DNA of 64,000 bases from an uncultured Acidobacteriaceae bacterium (GTDB lineage: Bacteria > Acidobacteriota > Terriglobia > Terriglobales > Acidobacteriaceae), in assembly GCA_903911925.1 (NCBI GenBank), contig CAIWFH010000188.1:4930-68929 (forward strand). The letters are read 5' to 3'. Below, in pieces: positions 53,856-64,000 of this stretch. Positions within the stretch are counted from its first letter, which is position 1. Every line of letters starts with the position of its first letter. Both the position numbers and the translations under genes were made by a program. The notes below the pieces were generated by a model. That model searched no databases. It saw only the letters and a program-made list of their open reading frames with translations, and was not told where the DNA came from.

Positions 53856-54398
53856 ATGAAGCATCTGCTTGTTTGTACAAGCCTGCTTGTTGCCGCCACC
53901 ACCTTATTGGCGCAGCAGGGCCCGCCCAAAAGTCCGTCCACCACTGAAACGGCGAAGATCGGCAGCACGGCCATCACCGTCACGTATAGCTCGCCGCGGG
54001 TGAACGGCCGCGCCGGCCACATCTACACCAAAGGCGGCCTCATCAGCCGCGACCCCCATTACCCGGTGTGGCGCGCAGGAGCCAACGCCGCCACCAAGCT
54101 GCACACCGACGGGGGCATCACTTTGGGTTCACTCAAGGTGCCCGCCGGCGACTACACCCTGTTCGTCGATATTTCCGATCCCGACAACTGGACGCTCATT
54201 GTCAACAAGCAGACCGGCCAGTGGGGCCTGAGTTACGACGCCGCTCAGGACCTGGGCAAGGTTAAGATGACCATGACCAAGCCTTCCCCTCCGGTTGAAA
54301 ACCTGAAATACACCATTACCAGCCTCGGCACGGACCGCGGCGAACTCAAGCTGAGTTGGGAAAACCACGCAGGCGCCGTGCCCATCACCGCGCATTGA
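53856..54398 (+). CDS. DUF2911-family secreted protein (copy 1)
   Basis: YSSPRVNGR, VWRAGANAATKL, VPAGDYTLF, WTLIVNK. Confidence 0.9.
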   Translation: MKHLLVCTSLLVAATTLLAQQGPPKSPSTTETAKIGSTAITVTYSSPRVNGRAGHIYTKGGLISRDPHYPVWRAGANAATKLHTDGGITLGSLKVPAGDYTLFVDISDPDNWTLIVNKQTGQWGLSYDAAQDLGKVKMTMTKPSPPVENLKYTITSLGTDRGELKLSWENHAGAVPITAH

Positions 54399-54425
54399 AA
54401 AATCGCGGTCCTCAGCCCGAATCAA

Positions 54426-54451
54426 GAAGGCCATTTTTTGCGATGGCCTTC
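54426..54451. terminator. hairpin between the DUF2911 paralogs
   Basis: gaaggccat...atggccttc. Confidence 0.5.
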
Positions 54452-54508
54452 CTGCACGGGCACTTAACTTTTTAATGTCAAGCTGAACGACGAAAGAGAA
54501 AGAACACC

Positions 54509-55060
54509 ATGAAGCAAGTTCTGGTTTGTGCAAGTCTGATTGTTGCTGTCGCCACCCTGTTCGCCCAGCAAGCTCCGTCCACCCCGCCCAAGAGCCCGGC
54601 CGCCACTGAGTCGGCCAAGATCGTCGGCAAGGCCATCACCATCGTTTACAGTTCGCCGCGCGTCAACGGCCGCGCCGGAGCCATCTTCACCAAGGATGGC
54701 GTGATCAGCAAGAACCCAAATTATCCCGTGTGGCGTGCCGGAGCCAATGCCGCCACCAAGCTCCACACCGACGCCAACCTGACTATCGGCAAGGTCAAAG
54801 TGCCCAAGGGCGACTACAGCCTTTTCGTCGACATCGCCGATCCCGACAACTGGGTGCTGATCGTCAACAAGCAAACCGGCATGTCACCTTTTGCTTACGA
54901 CAGCAGCCAAAACCTGGGCCGCGTTCCCATGACCATGACCAAGCCGAAGGCGCCCATCGAGAACCTGAAGTACACCATCAAGAGCCTCGGCAGCGGCAAA
55001 GCCAAACTCAGCCTTGAGTGGGAGAACCACATCGCATCGGTTTCCGTCAGCGTCCGCTAG
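54509..55060 (+). CDS. DUF2911-family secreted protein (copy 2)
   Basis: YSSPRVNGR, VWRAGANAATKL, VPKGDYSLF. Confidence 0.9.
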   Translation: MKQVLVCASLIVAVATLFAQQAPSTPPKSPAATESAKIVGKAITIVYSSPRVNGRAGAIFTKDGVISKNPNYPVWRAGANAATKLHTDANLTIGKVKVPKGDYSLFVDIADPDNWVLIVNKQTGMSPFAYDSSQNLGRVPMTMTKPKAPIENLKYTIKSLGSGKAKLSLEWENHIASVSVSVR

Positions 55061-55079
55061 GTTGCAGACTGGCTGACTC

Positions 55080-55640
55080 TCAGACCGCATCGTCCGGATT
55101 CGCCCATGCATCCACGTGCCAGGATTTGGCCAGCGACTTTCTGCAAGCGCTGGCCAGATTCAACGAGAGCTGCTGCAGTCCTTGCCGTTGGTCTTCGGCT
55201 GTGACGGGCGCACTCTGCGGCGCAGCTTCGTCCCCCGGGGCCGCAGGCCTGGCCTCGAAATCCTGAAGCGCGCGGCGATAGTTCTGCATGGCAATGGCGA
55301 CTTCCTCGTTCTGCACCAGGGCCAGTTCGCCCGAGTAGAGTTGCAGAAAAGTCCCGATCGCCTGCTCGACCGATTTCTCATCGTCCGATGTGGCAATCAT
55401 CGATGCGGCTCGCGTGACCACCGTGTAGAGTTCGAGCTGCCTCTCCAGAAACGGCTTGGTGGCTTCAATAATGCGCGCGCGGTTTGAGCACTCCGCATCG
55501 GCCGCGGAGGCCGCGAGCTCGTTGCGCGATTTCTCGCGCCATGTGTAGACAGTCCACAGGAAGGTGCCGATGGCCCCCAGGGTGCCAAGCGCCTTGTAAA
55601 GGTTGTCGAACGAGGACTGGTCGACCGCGAAAGTGATCAT
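55080..55640 (-). CDS. hypothetical protein, N-terminal TM plus helical bundle, divergent from the RM genes
   Basis: ALGTLGAIGTFLWTVYTW TM; helical body; ATG at 55640. Confidence 0.7.
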   Translation of the reverse strand: MITFAVDQSSFDNLYKALGTLGAIGTFLWTVYTWREKSRNELAASAADAECSNRARIIEATKPFLERQLELYTVVTRAASMIATSDDEKSVEQAIGTFLQLYSGELALVQNEEVAIAMQNYRRALQDFEARPAAPGDEAAPQSAPVTAEDQRQGLQQLSLNLASACRKSLAKSWHVDAWANPDDAV

Positions 55641-55831
55641 GATGGCTCGATGGTACTGGCAGACGGGCGGTTCCGTCATTGGGGAAGAGCAGAAATGCGG
55701 GGGTGGGCCTGAATGCCCCAACGGTTTGGGGTCGTGGTCTCCCAACCGCCGTTAGAAAGAAGCGAAGGATCGGACCGGGCCTCTTTGAGTTTTTGGAATA
55801 GCATGTATAAAGACATTAGGACGAGGGTACA

Positions 55832-57544
55832 GTGGCGGATTTCGATACATCGATTCGAACCATTCGGGGCATACAGCAGTCGTTTCTAATCCCGGCTCTC
55901 GCTCCGGATAGAGTTCCCCTTGAGCCCAAGGGCGTGGTGTATACGAAACGCTGGGTTGTTGAGATGCTTCTTGATCTTGCGGGCTACACCTCCGGCGCCG
56001 ACCTTGTCGAAGCCTTAGCTGTTGAGCCCGCAGCGGGCGAAGGGGCATTCCTGGGCCCGATGATTGAACGGCTGATAGATTCCTGCCGGCGCCACGGCTG
56101 GTCAGTCTCGGATTGTCACAAGTCACTTATCGCCTACGAATTGAATGATGTGAGCGCTGGCCGGGCACGCGCGCTGGCGGTGGAGGTATTGACGGCCCGA
56201 GGGGTGAACCGTTCAACCGCGGATAGTCTCGCTCAAAGCTGGGTTCGCACTGGCGATTTCCTTTTGGGCTCGATGGGCATCGAGGCGGACTTTGTGATTG
56301 GTAATCCTCCCTATATTCGTCTTGAAGAGATTCCGGAGGAAATTGCCCTTCTCTATCGCAGAACGTTTTCAACCATGTGCGGGCGAGCAGACCTGTATGT
56401 GGCATTCTTTGAGGCGGCGCTACGGCTGCTTAAGAAGAACGGAACTTGTGCGTTTATTTGCGCTGACAGATGGATGCGTAACCAGTACGGCGCCGAACTG
56501 CGGGAGTTGATCACATCGGAATTCGATGTGAAGGTTGTTATTGAGATGCACAAAGCCGATGCTTTCCACGACGAAGTGGACGCATACCCTGCCGTTACCG
56601 TGATCCGGCGAAGGAAGCAAGGGCCGGCCGTCGTGGCAAGTGCGGGTCCGGAGGTAGCAGGCATTTCTCCTCGGATTCTCACGGCGACACTCTTGGATAC
56701 AACGAACGGAAAGAAGGCCGCAACTCTGCCTGGGCTGCGCGCTGCTCTTGTGGAACGCTGGTTTAAGGGCGACGACCCGTGGCCTTGCACTACGCCTGAC
56801 CAGCTTAGGCTTCTGCGGCGGCTGGAAGAGGAGTTCTTGCCGCTCGATGCGAGTGCTAAAGTGGGAATTGGTGTGGCAACAGGGAATGATCGCGTATTCA
56901 TCACGAAGGATGTTAACTTGGTTGAATCGTCGCGCCTGCTCAGGCTTGCGATGGCGAAGGACATCACGGACGGCATCATAAAATGGTCTGGGCATTATCT
57001 TGTAGACCCCTGGAATCGGGAAGGCCTAGTCAAACTTGAAGAGTATCCGCGTCTGCGTGGATATTTAGAGGGGAACGGGGCCGCCTTGAAAAGGCGTCAT
57101 ACCGCGATTAAAAGCACTCATGCCTGGTACAAGACCATTGATCGCGTGAACCACTCTCTGACTCAGCGGCCCAAACTATATATAGCGGACATCAAGAACA
57201 TCCTCGATCCAGTGCTCGACACTGGCGAGACCTATCCACACCACAATCTATATTTCATTCAATCGGATGAGTGGGATCTGGAGGTACTGGGCGGAATTCT
57301 AATATCGGCAGTCGGCCAATTCTTTATCGAATCATATGGTGTCCGCATGCGCGGGGGATATCTACGCTTTCAGGCGCAGTATTTGCGGCGAATCCGTCTC
57401 CCGGATTTCAAGAAGCTATCGAAAATACACGCAGAGCAGTTGTCGAAAGCGTTCAGAGGCCGCGACAGACAACTTGCGACACGGACAGCTCTCACGATTT
57501 ATGGGATCGACGAGCAAGAAATGGAGTTGGCCATTGGACATTGA
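55832..57544 (+). CDS. type II N6-adenine DNA methyltransferase (gamma class, M.PaeR7I/M.XhoI-like)
   Basis: VVYT, motif I VEPAAGEGAFL, motif IV VIGNPPYIR, DLYVAFFE, C-terminal TRD YPHHNLYFI. Confidence 0.92.
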   Translation: MADFDTSIRTIRGIQQSFLIPALAPDRVPLEPKGVVYTKRWVVEMLLDLAGYTSGADLVEALAVEPAAGEGAFLGPMIERLIDSCRRHGWSVSDCHKSLIAYELNDVSAGRARALAVEVLTARGVNRSTADSLAQSWVRTGDFLLGSMGIEADFVIGNPPYIRLEEIPEEIALLYRRTFSTMCGRADLYVAFFEAALRLLKKNGTCAFICADRWMRNQYGAELRELITSEFDVKVVIEMHKADAFHDEVDAYPAVTVIRRRKQGPAVVASAGPEVAGISPRILTATLLDTTNGKKAATLPGLRAALVERWFKGDDPWPCTTPDQLRLLRRLEEEFLPLDASAKVGIGVATGNDRVFITKDVNLVESSRLLRLAMAKDITDGIIKWSGHYLVDPWNREGLVKLEEYPRLRGYLEGNGAALKRRHTAIKSTHAWYKTIDRVNHSLTQRPKLYIADIKNILDPVLDTGETYPHHNLYFIQSDEWDLEVLGGILISAVGQFFIESYGVRMRGGYLRFQAQYLRRIRLPDFKKLSKIHAEQLSKAFRGRDRQLATRTALTIYGIDEQEMELAIGH

Positions 57545-58292
57545 GAAACGGCTGCACGAAGCAGTCCAGAGCTACTGGGATGCCCGGAACAAGAACAAAG
57601 AAAAGCAGATTCAGTCCGGCAAAATAGACGCAGGTACACGCGGGGAAGTGACCGGCGGAACGCAAATGGGTGCTCTCGAGGTATTGGTTGCGGACATCCT
57701 TTGCGATGCGGGTTTGAAGAGACTCGACATTCGCACCCGCACAGCACTGGAACTGCCGGGGTATTTCAGGGCCACTAAGAAGTGGGACCTTATCGTTGTA
57801 TCCGAAGAGCAGTTGGTGCTGGCGATGGAGTTCAAATCCCAGGCGGGCAAATCGATCGGCAATAACGTCAATAATAGGTCGGAGGAGGCTGTTGGAAGTG
57901 CAAAGGATATTTGGACTGCTTTCCGCGAAGGACGCTTCGGAAACTCCCCAACCCCATTCCTTGGCTATTTCTTCCTGCTTGAAGATCGCGCCAAGGTAAA
58001 GACCCCAGTTGGGAACAAGGAACCATACTTTCTCGTCGATCCGGAATTTAGAGGTGCGGCAAAGAAAACCAAAGATGGTACGGACAAGTTCCAAGGTATT
58101 TCGTATAGCAAGCGATATGAGTTGCTTTGTCGGCGCTTGGTGCTTGAACGCCTCTATACTTCCGCATGTTTCATCATGGCGACGAATGACAAGCACACTG
58201 AAATCAATCAGCCCGCCGATGACCTCAGCTTTCGAAGGTTTGCGGCGACCCTCACGGGGCACGCTGTGACATTTCTGGGCAGCAAAAAGTAA
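57534..58292 (+). CDS. type II restriction endonuclease, PaeR7I/XhoI family
   Basis: GTRGEVTGGTQM, LPGYFRATKKWDL, EFKSQ, GNNVNNRSEEAVG; TTG start at 57534 with ggag RBS, overlapping the MTase stop. Confidence 0.88.
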   Translation: MDIEKRLHEAVQSYWDARNKNKEKQIQSGKIDAGTRGEVTGGTQMGALEVLVADILCDAGLKRLDIRTRTALELPGYFRATKKWDLIVVSEEQLVLAMEFKSQAGKSIGNNVNNRSEEAVGSAKDIWTAFREGRFGNSPTPFLGYFFLLEDRAKVKTPVGNKEPYFLVDPEFRGAAKKTKDGTDKFQGISYSKRYELLCRRLVLERLYTSACFIMATNDKHTEINQPADDLSFRRFAATLTGHAVTFLGSKK

Positions 58293-58388
58293 CCGTTATC
58301 CTTCGTTGAGATGTCCCGAGAGGCCAAGAACGCGGACCTTGCGGTCTGCGTTCTTTATTGGAACAAATTGTTGTTGGTTGTTGCGGCA

Positions 58389-58482
58389 GTCAGGGCTGAA
58401 GCCCTGACCGACTAGTCGTGCCCTGTTGCAAAGCGCGGGCGGGGACGCCCGCGCTACAGCCGGTCGGGAGAGCGGCGCTACA
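58389..58482. repeat. cluster of REP-like palindromes between the REase and PFOR
   Basis: gtcagggc-tgaa-gccctgac; tagtcgtgccctgttgcaaagc; gcgggcggggacgcccgcgctac; agccggtcgggagagcggcgctac. Confidence 0.75.
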
Positions 58483-58490
58483 ACTTGCCT

Positions 58491-63191
<4,701 letters not shown>

Positions 63192-63642
63192 AAATCCCTC
63201 TCTTCAAGCCCAGTTTTTCAAATTCAAGCGGTTGCAGCGCAGGGTGATTGCTGATGCGGGGTTGCGCATCACGGGAAAACCGCGTTTTGCGTTGCGGCCT
63301 TTGTTTTGAGCGACCTGCATCGCAAGCGGCGGCGGAACAAAGGCCCTGTCAAGTGTAAAGGCCGAGGCGGAGAAGAGGGAACCCAAGGGGAGAGTTGTCC
63401 TCAAAAAACGGCCTAGTGCTAGTATGCGCCTCTGTGGAGTTGGACGCATTTGGCGGGCGCTCGTGCGTCCCACTGAGTGGGATGGGGTTTCGGCTAGATA
63501 TATCGGAAAGGTGGTGAATGCATGCTTTCGCTCTGCCGTTCTCTTCCTCCTCCATGGGGTTTGCAATCCGCGCGTTCGTCGACCCCGAAAATGTGCCGCA
63601 ACACCGGCGACAAGCAGAAGGACCGATGCATCTATAGCGGGA

Positions 63643-63762
63643 ATGATACGGAAACTCAAGTCCGGACAATATCGCCTGTATTCGAGAAAGAAAGACGCCT
63701 CAACCGGTAAGCGCCGCAACCTGGGTACGTTCACAACGATGGAGCAAGCCAAGCAGCACGAG
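63643..63762 (+). pseudogene. 5' part of a small conserved basic protein (MIRKLKSGQYRLYSRKK...), 3' end missing
   Basis: ATG 63643 encodes MIRKLKSGQYRLYSRKKDASTGKRRNLGTFTTMEQAKQHE, then the frame runs stop-free into the antisense of the ligase to the window edge. Confidence 0.7.
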
Positions 63763-64000
63763 ACCGGCGCGGCCGCCGCTTCCCTGATCACGTCTTTGGT
63801 CGGCTTGTCTTCGCGCAAGCCTTTGAATGCCGCTTGCCGCACCAGGTTATCGCGGGTCCAGTTTGAGAACGAAACCTGCGCGACCAGTTCGGGGCGGACC
63901 CAGCGCACATTAGGCAATGATCCACGGGGAGGATCGGTGAAAGGCGGCTTTTTCTGGATCAGCTTTTCGAGGCGCGGGCGCAGGAGCTTTTGCGTGGCCT
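63763..64000 (-). CDS. ligD: C-terminal OB domain of an ATP-dependent DNA ligase (LigD/LigC type); 5' part outside the window, own stop apparently lost
   Basis: WVRPELVAQVSFSNWTRDNLVRQAAFKGLREDK ligase C-terminal motif; the frame continues as non-protein-like sequence to 63204. Confidence 0.75.

Noticed and set aside
57336-57533. N-terminal extension of the REase ORF
   Set aside because: Lies inside the MTase CDS; family similarity and RBS support TTG 57534
63204-63760. C-terminal about 185 aa of the 237-aa ORF as a novel ligase domain
   Set aside because: Not protein-like; it is read-through across the antisense of the small gene and the PFOR promoter

Overview
GC-rich bacterial chromosome segment. 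Acidobacteriota (Terriglobia-like) is inferred from the ADOP-type permease, the lineage-typical hypothetical proteins and the intergenic repeat families. About 55 CDSs are supported. Core functions include a LytS/LytTR two-component pair, cspA, buk, uvrD/pcrA, pyrR-pyrB-pyrC, cmk, mutL, hsp20-clpB, a MaoC-phosphate acyltransferase fusion, mutS2, a DAACS symporter and a large fused PFOR. Three accessory blocks are visible: an AraC-controlled aldehyde/redox detox cluster (about 38.7-49 kb), a GH3/DUF2911 block, and an XhoI/PaeR7I-family type II restriction-modification islet with a divergent membrane-anchored unknown gene. I saw no rRNA, tRNA or CRISPR array. The most notable signals are: (1) a REP-like palindromic element sitting in-frame inside a protein-coding gene; (2) a tail-to-tail junction at the right edge that removes the 3' ends of both a LigD-type ligase and a small conserved basic protein; (3) a C-run/G-run-bounded element carrying 23-bp AAGT-N15-ACTT palindromes that abuts IS481 remnants at two loci; (4) a stand-alone CarH/AerR-type B12-binding protein; (5) a MaoC domain with degenerate catalytic residues; (6) a frameshifted secreted lipocalin-like gene and an MFS gene stub. 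All family assignments come from motif recognition only; no database searches were run.
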